Positions 9,926 to 20,388 of a stretch of DNA of 64,000 bases are shown piece after piece (the first letter of the stretch is position 1; every line of letters starts with the position of its first letter). A program made the position numbers and the translations under genes. The notes under the pieces were generated by a model. It ran no database searches and was not told the origin of the DNA. It saw only the letters and a program-made list of their open reading frames with translations. This stretch comes from Giardia intestinalis (taxonomy: Eukaryota), in assembly GCA_000002435.2 (NCBI GenBank), contig CM018790.1; one strand, 5' to 3'.

Positions 9926-10693
9926 CCTCTCCAACTGCCTTTTCAAGGCCAGATATTTGTAGATCTTGTCACCATATCTGTCTAGGTTGTCTCCGAAATA
10001 CTCTAAATGGCGTCTCATCTGACCTAGTAGATCAGCAGATTTCCTTAACGCGTCTATTAGTCCAGCAGAAAATGCTCTCAAACCACCACTACACTTCTTT
10101 TCAATTCCTTCCGCAACGGCGATACGCGAACGGCAGAGCAGATGCTGAAGACTAAGCAGCTGCTTGCCGTATTCCTGCCGTAGAACACTATAATCGAGTG
10201 TCTCCATAACCTTTGCGGTTCCAATCTTTTGTAAACAAGCCTCTAATGTAGTCGTTATAAGCCTGGTGCGTTCATCGTTAATTTCTGCCTCGAGACTGTG
10301 AAGATCAAGTCGGGCCTGGTCGAGGCTTTGAGAAAGGGTAGAGTGCCAGTTAACCATCCGCTGCGTATGCATCTCTGGAGCTGTGACGGGCTGCCCCATC
10401 TGCGAAGAGAGATCGGAGGCAATCTTCAAATACCTTGGTAGTCGAAGAATCTGCTTTTGGATAAAGTTGAAGACATACTCGCTGTCCTCCAGTATGTCAT
10501 AGTGCTTAAAATGCTGTCCAATAAGTGTAGATCGCAAGGATACAAGCTCTGCCAACTTCTGCATTTCCTGCTCGTGTTTGTACTTGAGTTCATCTAGATC
10601 TTTGTGCGCACATACAAGCTTTGCGTTTAGTGCATCTATAATATTAGAAACGAGAGGGTGAGAAGCAGTGAATCCATCTGCCTGCCTCAGCAT
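9899..10693 (-). CDS. Coiled-coil protein (264 aa), function unknown
   Basis: ATG at 10693 (CAT at 10691-10693) preceded on the minus strand by an AT-rich stretch. It contains predicted helical heptads (ELKYKHEQEMQKLAELVSLRS, ALKRQLERLKNRLEAP). Confidence 0.5.
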   Translation of the reverse strand: MLRQADGFTASHPLVSNIIDALNAKLVCAHKDLDELKYKHEQEMQKLAELVSLRSTLIGQHFKHYDILEDSEYVFNFIQKQILRLPRYLKIASDLSSQMGQPVTAPEMHTQRMVNWHSTLSQSLDQARLDLHSLEAEINDERTRLITTTLEACLQKIGTAKVMETLDYSVLRQEYGKQLLSLQHLLCRSRIAVAEGIEKKCSGGLRAFSAGLIDALRKSADLLGQMRRHLEYFGDNLDRYGDKIYKYLALKRQLERLKNRLEAP

Positions 10694-10725
10694 GTTATTT
10701 TTACGTTTGGCTCTCCACCAGTAAC

Positions 10726-11784
10726 CTAGTAGACATCATCGTACTCCGGGGCCTGCTTTCTACGCCCGAGGTAACAGAGGCCGTCGACAAAGTCATTCAG
10801 GCTGTTCCCGGAGTGTCCCTTAACATGGACGAACTTTACTGTTCGGGATTGCATTTCAGCATAAATCCAGAGCAGAAGATCTTTGTTGAGAGGCTTTGCA
10901 TTTATGATATCTTTTCTATTAGGGTTTTGAGGGCAAAGCAACCCTTTTTTCTTCCACTGAGTAAGCCATACCCTGCAGCAATTGATTGCATACTGCGAGT
11001 CGGAGTATATGTGCAGAACGCTGCCCTGTGGGACGTTGAGCAAGGCACACAGGATACCCCGCAGCTCCATGCGATTATTAGTAGTGGATTTGTAACTGCG
11101 CGCAAACACATGCATCTCAGTAGCATTGAACAGCAGGCAGCCCCAGCCACCTGGGCCACCTGCACTGGGGGTTGAACCTCCATCTGTGAAGGCAACATAA
11201 TCCGGCGTACCGCTATCACTAAGGCTACTATTAGTGCCAGCTCTAGTTACAGAATTTGCTGATGCGGGGTTCTCTTTCCAAGCTCTTTCAGTGGCCTCCA
11301 TATGAAGCTTGGCTTCTGTGTAGCGTGCAAGATAATCTCTAGGAGATCCATTAGTGCTTTCTTCCAGAAATTTGAAGTGTGTGTCCGGTGCCAGGACTTT
11401 GGCCATGTCGACTAAATCGGCAGCCGACTTTCCATAAAACATGTCATAGCTCACAGGGGCAGCAGGCTCTGTGAATAAGCGCACAGCGTCATGAAGAGTG
11501 GTTGTTTTACTCTTTCTCTTTGACGGTAAAATATTGGCCTTTTTATCGCGAGAAGAGCCCTTGGAAACCTTGACAGATTTGTCCTTCGCTCTAATCTTCA
11601 CGTGCTCTGGGTCAATGTCTTTGTACCACCCAGAAGAAAATGGCTCGTCAGGGGTTCTGAACTTTTTGACTGTCAAGCCAGAAACTCCAGAAACGAGCTG
11701 TTTGACATAGTTCCAAGAGTATCCAATGTAGATCACGTTGGAACTACCGCGAGCGGCATAAACAGATTCAGCAGCAGGGTCCAT
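10726..11784 (-). CDS. Ribonuclease H1 with N-terminal hybrid-binding domain (353 aa from first ATG; track ORF to 11835 starts at TTG)
   Basis: RNase H catalytic signature:
- VAFTDGGS...GGWGCLLF
- TNNRMELRGILCALLN
- HIYSDSQYAINCC..WLTQWKKKG
- VKFVHVKGHSGNSLNDFVDGLC
These correspond to the DGS...TNNRAEL...SQY...W...GH...D core. The N-terminal VYAARGSSNVIYIGYSWNYVKQLVSGVSGLTVKKF matches the RNase H1 HBD (FYAV.KGR..GI...W.......V.G.....KKF). Confidence 0.75.
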   Translation of the reverse strand: MDPAAESVYAARGSSNVIYIGYSWNYVKQLVSGVSGLTVKKFRTPDEPFSSGWYKDIDPEHVKIRAKDKSVKVSKGSSRDKKANILPSKRKSKTTTLHDAVRLFTEPAAPVSYDMFYGKSAADLVDMAKVLAPDTHFKFLEESTNGSPRDYLARYTEAKLHMEATERAWKENPASANSVTRAGTNSSLSDSGTPDYVAFTDGGSTPSAGGPGGWGCLLFNATEMHVFARSYKSTTNNRMELRGILCALLNVPQGSVLHIYSDSQYAINCCRVWLTQWKKKGLLCPQNPNRKDIINAKPLNKDLLLWIYAEMQSRTVKFVHVKGHSGNSLNDFVDGLCYLGRRKQAPEYDDVY

Positions 11785-11834
11785 TGAAAGGGGACAAATG
11801 GAAGCAACTGCTAAAAAAGCAGCACTAAAAAACA

Positions 11835-13055
11835 ATGACGATCGCCCTTGCTCCCCTGGTCACAAAAAAGGACTGGCACGCGGTATCTGAGTCACTACAC
11901 ACCTTAGCATCATCGCCAGAGATGTACAAGGAGGACAGGGCTGGCTCACAAACTGACTTCCAGGGAATTCTTGAGTGTATCAAGGACTGTACACATGCTC
12001 TCGATAAGGTGGCTTTGGCCCATTTTTATGCAATCTACGTTCGATCGCTTCCTTTGTCTGAGGCTCTTGAGTTCGTTGAGAAGGAACGGGCTGTCTTTAA
12101 CCATCATCCAGAAGCCTTATCCGTGATAATTGCTCTGCAGTACCTTCTGTACACAGCGGAACTGGACCCCGTTACCCTTGAGCATGCTATGGCGTTCTCC
12201 TACGAGCGTCAACTGCTCGAGAGCCTGTCTTCTGGTGTATTCTCAGTGTCTTCATACGCCGAAATGATGGCCTTGGAGGCCGCAATTCGCTATGCCATCG
12301 TGGAGCACCGCTTCTACGACATCTATCTATTTTATCAGAAAATGGTTCAGATAGCCATTACGACCCCTTGGGCATACAGTATACTTAGTAACTACTTCTG
12401 CATTGCTGTATGCTCATCGTTCTGTATTTGTGACCATCCCATCGACCTGCTGAGCCTAGTCTATAACGTGTCAGGAAAGAAGAATGCAGAGCACCCGTGC
12501 ACGTGTGCCGATACAGACATAACCGGTAGCACAACCGATAACAATAATAGAGGCATCTGCTGTGGTAGCCCATATTGCATTTCAATGGACTCCATGCTAT
12601 CATCTCACTTTCCACTCAAGGAAACACCGGCCCATAATCTTTTGCTCCAGGTCACTGAGGGTATAGTGCCCAGTGATAGTGAGCTTCCAAAGGACGCAAA
12701 GTACGGGGTTAACTTCTTGTCAGTCAAAGACGGAATCCGCAGACAGGCCCTTCAGCACCGCTTCTGCAAGCTTTTGTATGATGCATCCCTGGCAAAGCGT
12801 AACAATTACCCCTACAGAGACCTTATGGACTCTCTTGAATTACCGAGTGTTCTAGACTTGGAGAGGTTTATATTGGACGCTATGAGGGCAAACCTTCTTG
12901 TGGGGACCTTAAACACGGTCTCGCAAACACTGACAGTGTCCATCATCCAAGCGCGGACAGTGTCGTCCAAGCAAGTCGTAGTCTTCAGCAAGCGCCTTCA
13001 GGAGTGGGCAGACAGAGTGGCGCATTGCCGATCCGTTTTAGATGAGTGCATGTAA
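11835..13055 (+). CDS. PCI-domain protein, Rpn9/PSMD13-like (proteasome lid; CSN/eIF3 family not excluded)
   Basis: The C-terminal winged-helix PCI pattern LERFILDAMRANLLVGTLNTVSQTLTVSIIQARTVSSKQ...LQEWADRV matches Rpn9-type ...LVMKALSVGLVKGSIDEV...WVQPRVL...L..W. It is preceded by a helical-repeat body. The ATG at 11835 lies in the A-rich ctaaaaaacaATG. Confidence 0.5.
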   Translation: MTIALAPLVTKKDWHAVSESLHTLASSPEMYKEDRAGSQTDFQGILECIKDCTHALDKVALAHFYAIYVRSLPLSEALEFVEKERAVFNHHPEALSVIIALQYLLYTAELDPVTLEHAMAFSYERQLLESLSSGVFSVSSYAEMMALEAAIRYAIVEHRFYDIYLFYQKMVQIAITTPWAYSILSNYFCIAVCSSFCICDHPIDLLSLVYNVSGKKNAEHPCTCADTDITGSTTDNNNRGICCGSPYCISMDSMLSSHFPLKETPAHNLLLQVTEGIVPSDSELPKDAKYGVNFLSVKDGIRRQALQHRFCKLLYDASLAKRNNYPYRDLMDSLELPSVLDLERFILDAMRANLLVGTLNTVSQTLTVSIIQARTVSSKQVVVFSKRLQEWADRVAHCRSVLDECM

Positions 13056-13119
13056 ATCTAGCCCCGATGGTCCAATCTTTTTTTCCAGTCTTTTTTTTTG
13101 TAATTGTGGCTTCAATCTT

Positions 13120-13126
13120 AGTAAAT
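13120..13126 (+). promoter_or_regulatory. AGTAAAT putative polyadenylation signal for the PCI gene
   Basis: The motif AGTRAAY lies about 65 nt downstream of the stop at 13053-13055. Confidence 0.35.
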
Positions 13127-13311
13127 AATTTTAATTGCTCCCTCATTAACTCTGATGGGAAGCAGTGTGTGTACAAGGGTATAGCGAAGATAGTGAGTAG
13201 CCGGCATGATCGTAGCATCATTTGAACATCAGTTGCATAAGTAGCTGGGGTTGAGGCTTTCATCTCTAGTTAGCAACCTTAAATGATTGGGAATTTTACT
13301 CAAAAAGTTAA

Positions 13312-14709
13312 ATGATCACCATTGAGACAGAACTGATCAACAGTACCATTGACGCCCTCAAGGAACTCATTTCTCGGCCCCCTCTCACTGAGAAATTGCT
13401 GTCTCGGCCTCCTTTCAAATACATTCTTGACATCTGCAAAGCGGTATCTGCAGCCACTGGCTTCCCATCTCCAGAATCTTGCAACTACGATGACATAACA
13501 GATAGGGAGGAGCGCACTGCCTTTTTAACTTCTATAATTGGCCAGATCACTGATCAACTAGGCGTCCCCGTTGACGTTCAAATTAAGTCTATCTTGGCCG
13601 GCAAAGACGTTCCGAAGACACTCCGGATGTTGGTTATGTTGGCACAGGCAGCAAAGTTGTTCAAAGTAAGATCTAATTCCTCCCAACCTCCACCACAGCA
13701 AGCTCCCAGAGAGACGGTTGCCTCTCCCCCGCAAGAAGATTTGGAAGCTCTTGCACGCGAGAAGGCTGAGAAGGAGCGCCAAAGAAGAGAACAAGAGCAG
13801 CAGGAACGTGAACGAAAAGAGCGAGAGCGTCAGGAAAAGGAACGTGAAGAAAGAGAAAAACATGAGTTAGAATCACGTGAACGGGCGGAAGCAGAGCAGT
13901 GGAAGCAGAAGCAGCAGCAGCAGCAACAACAACAGCAATCTGCTATCTCTCCTCAGAAGAGCCCTCCTAAGGTGCGCTTTGCTGACGATGACAAGACTAG
14001 AGTAGAAGAACACCAGCCCGTCATTGAGCGTCCGCATTTTAATAGGCCTCCTCCCTCTCAGCACTCTCGTCGCATGGCAGTAACAGCAACTTCGGAGCCG
14101 AGCGCACCCCAGCCCTCTGCCATGCGTCTGGTCAAAGTCGTCAGAGAAGAAAGTTCCGACGAAAGCAATCAAGACCTCAATCAAAACGCGGGCCAGGACG
14201 GCGGGTTTACAATGGGGCTTGACGCTGAATGGTGCGATGAAATGCTACCTGGTGAGTTTCCTTTGGATACTGGGGCGCCGGCACCCTCCAGCACTCATGG
14301 AGAGCTAGTGGCAAACATACTTGATACTGCAGAAGCATATAATGTGGCCCTGCACGGAGATGGTTCGAAAAAGCCCACGGGCTTGTCTACACAAAGAGAC
14401 AAGAAACCCATTGACTCTTATAGCCAACCCGTTCAGAAGCTCATCTCTCATATTTCAGCGATCATTAGAAAGTCTGTTCCTTACGCTAAGCACACTGCAT
14501 TCCTTGACGAACATATATTGACTATGCGGACAGAACTTCATACTGCCTCGGAAGCAGTTACAAAGTTGCTATCCACCAGTTTGAAACAAGAAAGCTCTCT
14601 CAAGCAAGCCAATAATGCTTGCGAGTCGAAGCTACACAGCCTTAAGGAGCAAATATATAGTCTTCGGCAAGCGCAGCTGGAGCTCCTCCATAGCACACTT
14701 GCGCTCTAG
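13312..14709 (+). CDS. IFT54: Intraflagellar transport protein 54 (TRAF3IP1/MIP-T3 family)
   Basis: The N-terminus [34 protein letters not shown]...[18 protein letters not shown]...[15 protein letters not shown] aligns with the IFT54 CH-like domain ([33 protein letters not shown]...ISFLQKAIDVV...NELLQIIGKCCL). It is followed by an E/R/K-rich and poly-Gln linker and a C-terminal coiled coil, as in IFT54. Confidence 0.7.
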   Translation: [465 protein letters not shown]

Positions 14710-14794
14710 TCAGGGACAGGAGTGCGCTTTGATCGGCGAGTTGTCGGATCTCCTTTAAAAAGTAAAAAAATCGGTTTTTTGACTTTTTCAACCC

Positions 14795-17700
14795 ATGCTG
14801 CTTCCGGAGCGACAGATCATTCTGGTTCATAAGGACACATTTTTAATTTTTCTTGTGTTCTCAGGCGGCTATGCAACTTACATGCTTTATAAATCCTGTA
14901 GCGTCCATTTCGGTATAAGTGAGGCACATGAACCAACCACCTTCTACGAGTTAGAATATCATCAGGATGCGCAAATGACTTGCCAGCAGATTCAAAACAC
15001 CAATCCTCGAGATCGGTTCATTGAGCTCAGTGCATTTTTTCCGGCACATGAGACGCATGTGCTTGGTTTGACGGAGACATATGCTGTTCCGATCGAGCGT
15101 AACCTCCTCCACAAGATGTTTAGCTCTATACTACCCATTATTGACGTTAGCAAGCCGAATTTTGTGCCGCCGTCACCCGCAGCGCCATCTTCGCCACGCC
15201 GGAAACTGAATCTACCTGTTGCCAAAGTTGCAATGAACGCCAAAGCAAAGTTAAAGGGCAAGCTACAGGAGGATCCGCACTTGCCCAAGATACCAGACGA
15301 CTGCTCGGTGCTCCAGTACTCTATTGAGAAGAACTTAGTGGATATCCAGAATGAAGATGTAAGCCAGGATGATATCAATATACCGAGAGTTGTCTCGAAG
15401 TCCAGTCTGCCTACCCTTGCTCAGGTTCAGCAGGGAGGCCCGTTAGCCGTTTCTGCTCCAACCCCCAGTGTATTGCTTAGTATCCCAAGGGGCGACACCC
15501 CGCAGTCGTGCTTTGCATCTGTTCGGTCCGCTATATCAACTACGGTAATGAGCGCCATCTCTAGTGTGAGGACAAACAGAATTGGTCAAAGGTTGGGTTT
15601 GAATAAGGAAACTGAAAGCAACGACAGTTTGACTAACAGCAGTCAATCCACCACTTCAGGAGTCGCCAGCAATACGTTCTCGACCACCTCGCCCAATAAA
15701 GCCTATCCAGATATTAGACGCTCGATGACTGAAGCCACTTTGACTGGGGCCCTCTTGGATAGTACAGGCAATCTTTTAGTCTTTTCAAATTTTTACAAGC
15801 GTAATTTTGTTCTGCGACTACCACAAGGGACAGGTAGCGCACTCTCGTTTGGCATATGCAATCAATATGTGCCGGGCAATCCTGCAACTCTCAAGAAGCT
15901 TACATTTAGGCTTAGAATGGTTACCTTTCCGGTTATCAACTACTCAAATTGCTGCCTATTCGCCTCTGAGATGATTTTGAACTTTCATCACGCAACCCTA
16001 ACCACGTTTCTCCTTACAGAGACCGCGCACCTCAAGTACTCGTTCCCCTCTATCATTGCAGCCGATAAGAACACTATAGATAGCTCTATAGATTATTTAT
16101 ATAAGCAAGACTTCAAAGTAATAAGCAAAGCCCTTCTCACAGAGCCCAAAGACCTTATACATCGATACTACTTTTTCAAGGTGAATCCGCAAGATCCAGA
16201 GTTCTTATCGGTCCATGATTATTCATCAGCTACCATCTTTATTCAAAAGCAGCTTACCAAGAGGCTGGCAACAGACTTTTTGGTGGGGTGTGCTGCTCTT
16301 TCTGTCCATAGCATTCCAAAGATATATCTTCCAGACCTGTCTCTACTCAAGGACCAGGAGCAAGAAGAGCTGAAGCCGGCAGAACCTCCTAAACTAACAT
16401 TTGGTTCTTCTCCATCTCATCCCAAGAACACAGATAGTCCTAACAGCAAGTGCGTCGATAACGATGCAGAGACCCAGGACAGCAATATGAGCACAGTCTA
16501 TAGTCTAAGCGCTCAGAGCTATGCTGATTTCGAAATGCTGAAGAGCAATGGTATTGTCTTACCGACCTCAGTCTCTACCAAACCACTAACAGGTCTTGAT
16601 GCACTCCACGCCTGTCACAAATCTTTACTCAGTATCCTTACTCATCAACGGTCATACTTTCTCGGCGTTTTCCCCATGCGCCCTTTTACCCTCAGCTACA
16701 CTGACCCTCGGAAGATCATGACCACTTGCGACAAGAAGACCCTCTACACCATCAACATTCTAATAGAGCCTGCTGATACCGCAACTAAGGAGAGCATAGG
16801 GCACACGCTTCGGTCATTGCCGTCGCTAAGTAGCTCAATCAACCCCAACATAAGCACATATCTAATTCTTACATTCCCAAAAGACAAGGTGCTAGGAACA
16901 ATAGTCAACTCTGCATACGGTGACCACAATATTGCCGGGGTTTATGTATACAACAAGCACAGCGAGCACATCACCCAGACGCTGGAGCGGACATTTAGTA
17001 CATTCAGCATCCTTGACCCGGTATCCAAACGGCGATCTCTTAGCAATCTTCAGTCCCTCCTCCCAGAGTACTGCGCCCTTTCCTTTGGCTCTAACACGAA
17101 ACAGCTCATAGCCTCCACCATCAGCAGCGACAGTAATTCGGGAATGGCCCATGACGATGACGACGATAACGATACGACTGTCGATGCAGACGATGTCACC
17201 AACGTGGTGTTCAGTCAGTTTCTCCACCAGGACCTCTACGACCATGGGCTATCGCCCACTGTCACAGGAGAGACGCGGCACCTGCTGGAACTGCATTTGG
17301 AACGCTTGGTAGAGAACATTTATTCTCTCGTATATGCTAAGATATATAATAGCGTCATTTCAGCGCTGAACTGCAACTTCTTGATCAATTTCACCGGGTG
17401 CAGCAGCGTTGGTAAAACAGAACTGGTGGACTCGTTTTTGGGAGCAGATGGCGCAGCCTGTATTCAGGAATCTTCATACACAAGCCTAGAGCGCGTGCAC
17501 GCTTACCTGGATGGCAATTTTAACCACCCTTTTGTCATTGACCATGAGGACTTGCTTCGTGAGCTGGTGAAGTACCGTTTGAAGTGTGTACGAGATGGAT
17601 GTTTGTTCAGTCTCTACGAGGGGAACCTGTCTGTGTACAACCCGTCTGTTCTTGACAAAGCGGAGCGATCCCTTGTATTACACCTTCATACAAATCAGGC

Positions 17701-17950
17701 CACTGCTCACTACAGGAAGTATCAGCAGTCGCTGCGTGCAAACGGGAACAAGACCTTCATTAATCAGATATGGCCATGCTATGTGTGGTACAGAGACAAT
17801 GTTTTGTCGGCTGCAAAGAAGTATATCAGCATCCTCAACTATGACACAACGCAGCACAAGCCCGAGGAAACCTACTCGTATCTGATGTACCTATTGGGGC
17901 GCATTGTGGATGCCCACAATCAAAACACCTCCAAGGGCTCGTTAGTGTAG
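14795..17950 (+). CDS. Hypothetical protein (1051 aa), no domain recognised
   Basis: Uninterrupted 3.2-kb ORF with an ATG at 14795 after an A-rich spacer. It contains Ser/Thr-rich segments and an acidic patch (HDDDDDNDTTVDADD). An AGTGAAT motif lies 40 nt after the stop (17990-17996). Confidence 0.5.
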   Translation: MLLPERQIILVHKDTFLIFLVFSGGYATYMLYKSCSVHFGISEAHEPTTFYELEYHQDAQMTCQQIQNTNPRDRFIELSAFFPAHETHVLGLTETYAVPIERNLLHKMFSSILPIIDVSKPNFVPPSPAAPSSPRRKLNLPVAKVAMNAKAKLKGKLQEDPHLPKIPDDCSVLQYSIEKNLVDIQNEDVSQDDINIPRVVSKSSLPTLAQVQQGGPLAVSAPTPSVLLSIPRGDTPQSCFASVRSAISTTVMSAISSVRTNRIGQRLGLNKETESNDSLTNSSQSTTSGVASNTFSTTSPNKAYPDIRRSMTEATLTGALLDSTGNLLVFSNFYKRNFVLRLPQGTGSALSFGICNQYVPGNPATLKKLTFRLRMVTFPVINYSNCCLFASEMILNFHHATLTTFLLTETAHLKYSFPSIIAADKNTIDSSIDYLYKQDFKVISKALLTEPKDLIHRYYFFKVNPQDPEFLSVHDYSSATIFIQKQLTKRLATDFLVGCAALSVHSIPKIYLPDLSLLKDQEQEELKPAEPPKLTFGSSPSHPKNTDSPNSKCVDNDAETQDSNMSTVYSLSAQSYADFEMLKSNGIVLPTSVSTKPLTGLDALHACHKSLLSILTHQRSYFLGVFPMRPFTLSYTDPRKIMTTCDKKTLYTINILIEPADTATKESIGHTLRSLPSLSSSINPNISTYLILTFPKDKVLGTIVNSAYGDHNIAGVYVYNKHSEHITQTLERTFSTFSILDPVSKRRSLSNLQSLLPEYCALSFGSNTKQLIASTISSDSNSGMAHDDDDDNDTTVDADDVTNVVFSQFLHQDLYDHGLSPTVTGETRHLLELHLERLVENIYSLVYAKIYNSVISALNCNFLINFTGCSSVGKTELVDSFLGADGAACIQESSYTSLERVHAYLDGNFNHPFVIDHEDLLRELVKYRLKCVRDGCLFSLYEGNLSVYNPSVLDKAERSLVLHLHTNQATAHYRKYQQSLRANGNKTFINQIWPCYVWYRDNVLSAAKKYISILNYDTTQHKPEETYSYLMYLLGRIVDAHNQNTSKGSLV

Positions 17951-20314
17951 TTACTCCCTGCAATTTTCTAATACCTTCTTTAGTTTTGTAGTGAATGCTT
18001 GCTGCTCTGCTGCTCTAAGCTTATTGAGTTCATCGACTCTGTATGCCGCTTCTTCTGCTCTTCGCTGGGCCTCAACAAGCTGTTCGTTAGCGGATCTATA
18101 CATTGCTTTGACCTTTCCGAGGGCAACACTGAGGCCCTGCTCTCTGCCGGCAGACTCTGCAACAAAGCGCTTGGCCTCGTTCAGCTCGGTCATGAGGACA
18201 CGTAGCCTATCGTCACAGTCTTTTCTAACTCGCTGAATCTCTGATTGGGCCCGGGAGTTAAGATTGGTTGCACCTTCTCCGCCACCATAGCTTCCCAGGG
18301 CGGCTATCATTTCTGTGAATATGTTTAATATTGCATCCGAAATAGGAGGTATCATATACCCGTTGTTTAGCCGCTTAACACGCGATGTCTGCTGAGCGGC
18401 GCCTCCTGATTCAATGTTGAAGAGGATGGATGGGTTGAAGGCGTGTGGAGACATATTGAATCTTTTGGAGAGAAGGACACCGATATCTATAGGTTCTAGC
18501 AAGAAGCTGCTGCTGGTCCCCTGTGCCACGACCTTTTTGGTGTAGTGAACTGCTTCGGTGCTCAGGATAAGCATGTTGTAAATAAACAAGTTTCTATGTT
18601 CTACATCAGTTGAAAGTTGCTCTATAGATTTAAGAAGATTGGTCACTTCTATGGCATGAAGATTTGCCGCTTGTTTTGCTTGATGGCTGTGCTCGCGTAT
18701 TTGCTGCTGCAACGTCAGTGTCATGGTGTTCAACTGCTCGATCTTCGAGGCGTTCTCGTCTAGCTCTTTGTGAGCTAGCTGGAGCTGCTCTTCCAACTCC
18801 TTGACCTGCTTGGCCTTATCCTCAATGACGAGACTCTGCTCTGTCTCTCCCTGAGATAGCCGAATGCATTCCTGGCGGGACTTCTCACCCTCAGAGAGTG
18901 CGTGTTGGAGGCTAACACGAAGGCCTTCAGACTCCTTTGCCAGCAGATCACATTGTGTACATTTTTGGTTATAGTCCGAAAGCAGATCATTGAAGTTGGA
19001 CTTGACACTGTCCATTTCTTTCATTATTTCCTTGACGTTCCCCAGCCTCTTCTCATACTGGGCACAGGTCTCGGTCAGGGCTGTGACATTTTCGGACAGG
19101 GTCTGGTTCTTCTTATTTGCCTGGGAAAGCTTGTCCTTGTATACACCCAGGGTGATGTCATGCTCATCTGTTAGTGTCTTAATCTTTAACTTTAGCCGTG
19201 CAATCTCAATCTCGTTTCTTACGACTTGCTTGTAGTCACACTTGGCCACCTCGGCAGGAGAACATGTGGTGAGTGGCGAGTTCGCTGAGGAGAGCACTCT
19301 TTCAGTAGCAAGAAGGTCTGTCACCCCTCCGCTCCCAGAGATGCTTGCTGATGAGTGAGAGGGAATTCTCTCTGGAAGATTGGGGGCCTCTGATCTGAAA
19401 AGTTGACTTGGCTGGTGGTCTATTGAGGAGATTACTGAACTAGGTTTAGATATTCGTGGACCTAAAAGGCCAGAGGATCCTTGGCCTCTGCAAGTGCTTG
19501 GTGTGCCTGCAGATTCTTGCGTAACATCGGCAACTGCACGGAGGGCCTCAAAATCGGCTGCTAATTGCTTATGCTTTTCTAGAAGAGAATTATAGCTATC
19601 TCTATAGAACTGTGATGCATCAGGAGGCGCGGGAGGCGCTCCCGGGTGGCTGCTATGTGCAAATGTGGTTTCGCTGCCAGAAGACCCCTTGAAAGACTCT
19701 ATTTCTGTTTTTAGCTGCGTGATGTACTGATGCGCATCGTGTAGTTGACGCTCTAACGCTCTATTCTTATCTCGGAGCTTCTGACAAATTAGTTTAAGTG
19801 CATGAGCATAATTGTATATGCGTTCTATTGCGCCTAGTGAGTTGTCCGATTCAGTCTTGCCAAGGTCAACATCAGGACCTGATGCATACAGAGCATCTAT
19901 TATTCTATTCCTGTTTTTGGGCATACCGGCACTCAGTAGCTTTTCCTCTGCCGCCGCGCTGTTGTACTGATAGGCTTCATCAAGTCCTTGCTCCTGATCG
20001 TCAGTCAGGAAGTCCAAATAAACGTGTGCCCCGTCGTTGGTCTCCGCAGCAGAGTCTGTCAGGGTATTAATTATACTTCTGCTGCGGCTTAAATCATCAT
20101 CAAATCTACTACTACAATCAGAATCTAGAGCGGCGCTTACGTTCACGCCTTCGTGAAGCAGCTGCTTAACTGCTTGGTCGCGGTACACGGAGAGATCCTC
20201 CTGCAGTAACCGATCGACCTCGTCGTCAAACTGTCGGACTTGAAATTGCTGATAGGACCCGGAAGGATCGGTCTGAAGATCTATGTTAGCCACTAGTGAG
20301 AGATTTGGGCGCAT
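17951..20314 (-). CDS. Coiled-coil protein (about 788 aa from first ATG; track ORF to 20380 starts at TTG)
   Basis: Extensive heptad coiled-coil sequence (e.g. KQVKELEEQLQLAHKELDENASKIEQLNTM and RVDELNKLRAAEQQAFTTKLKK). Its stop codon abuts the stop of the convergent plus-strand gene (17948-17953). Confidence 0.5.
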   Translation of the reverse strand: MRPNLSLVANIDLQTDPSGSYQQFQVRQFDDEVDRLLQEDLSVYRDQAVKQLLHEGVNVSAALDSDCSSRFDDDLSRSRSIINTLTDSAAETNDGAHVYLDFLTDDQEQGLDEAYQYNSAAAEEKLLSAGMPKNRNRIIDALYASGPDVDLGKTESDNSLGAIERIYNYAHALKLICQKLRDKNRALERQLHDAHQYITQLKTEIESFKGSSGSETTFAHSSHPGAPPAPPDASQFYRDSYNSLLEKHKQLAADFEALRAVADVTQESAGTPSTCRGQGSSGLLGPRISKPSSVISSIDHQPSQLFRSEAPNLPERIPSHSSASISGSGGVTDLLATERVLSSANSPLTTCSPAEVAKCDYKQVVRNEIEIARLKLKIKTLTDEHDITLGVYKDKLSQANKKNQTLSENVTALTETCAQYEKRLGNVKEIMKEMDSVKSNFNDLLSDYNQKCTQCDLLAKESEGLRVSLQHALSEGEKSRQECIRLSQGETEQSLVIEDKAKQVKELEEQLQLAHKELDENASKIEQLNTMTLTLQQQIREHSHQAKQAANLHAIEVTNLLKSIEQLSTDVEHRNLFIYNMLILSTEAVHYTKKVVAQGTSSSFLLEPIDIGVLLSKRFNMSPHAFNPSILFNIESGGAAQQTSRVKRLNNGYMIPPISDAILNIFTEMIAALGSYGGGEGATNLNSRAQSEIQRVRKDCDDRLRVLMTELNEAKRFVAESAGREQGLSVALGKVKAMYRSANEQLVEAQRRAEEAAYRVDELNKLRAAEQQAFTTKLKKVLENCRE

Positions 20315-20381
20315 ATAAGCACCTACTCCGCCTGTCTTTTTTCCTTTCACGTCCGAGTCATGAAGCTCCCCTCCCACCAAG

Positions 20382-20388
20382 ATTTACT
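20382..20388 (-). promoter_or_regulatory. AGTAAAT poly(A)-signal motif overlapping the stop codon of the ankyrin/pseudokinase gene
   Basis: The + strand ATTTACT at 20382-20388 is AGTAAAT on the minus strand. The TAA within it (20384-20386) is the stop codon. Confidence 0.4.
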
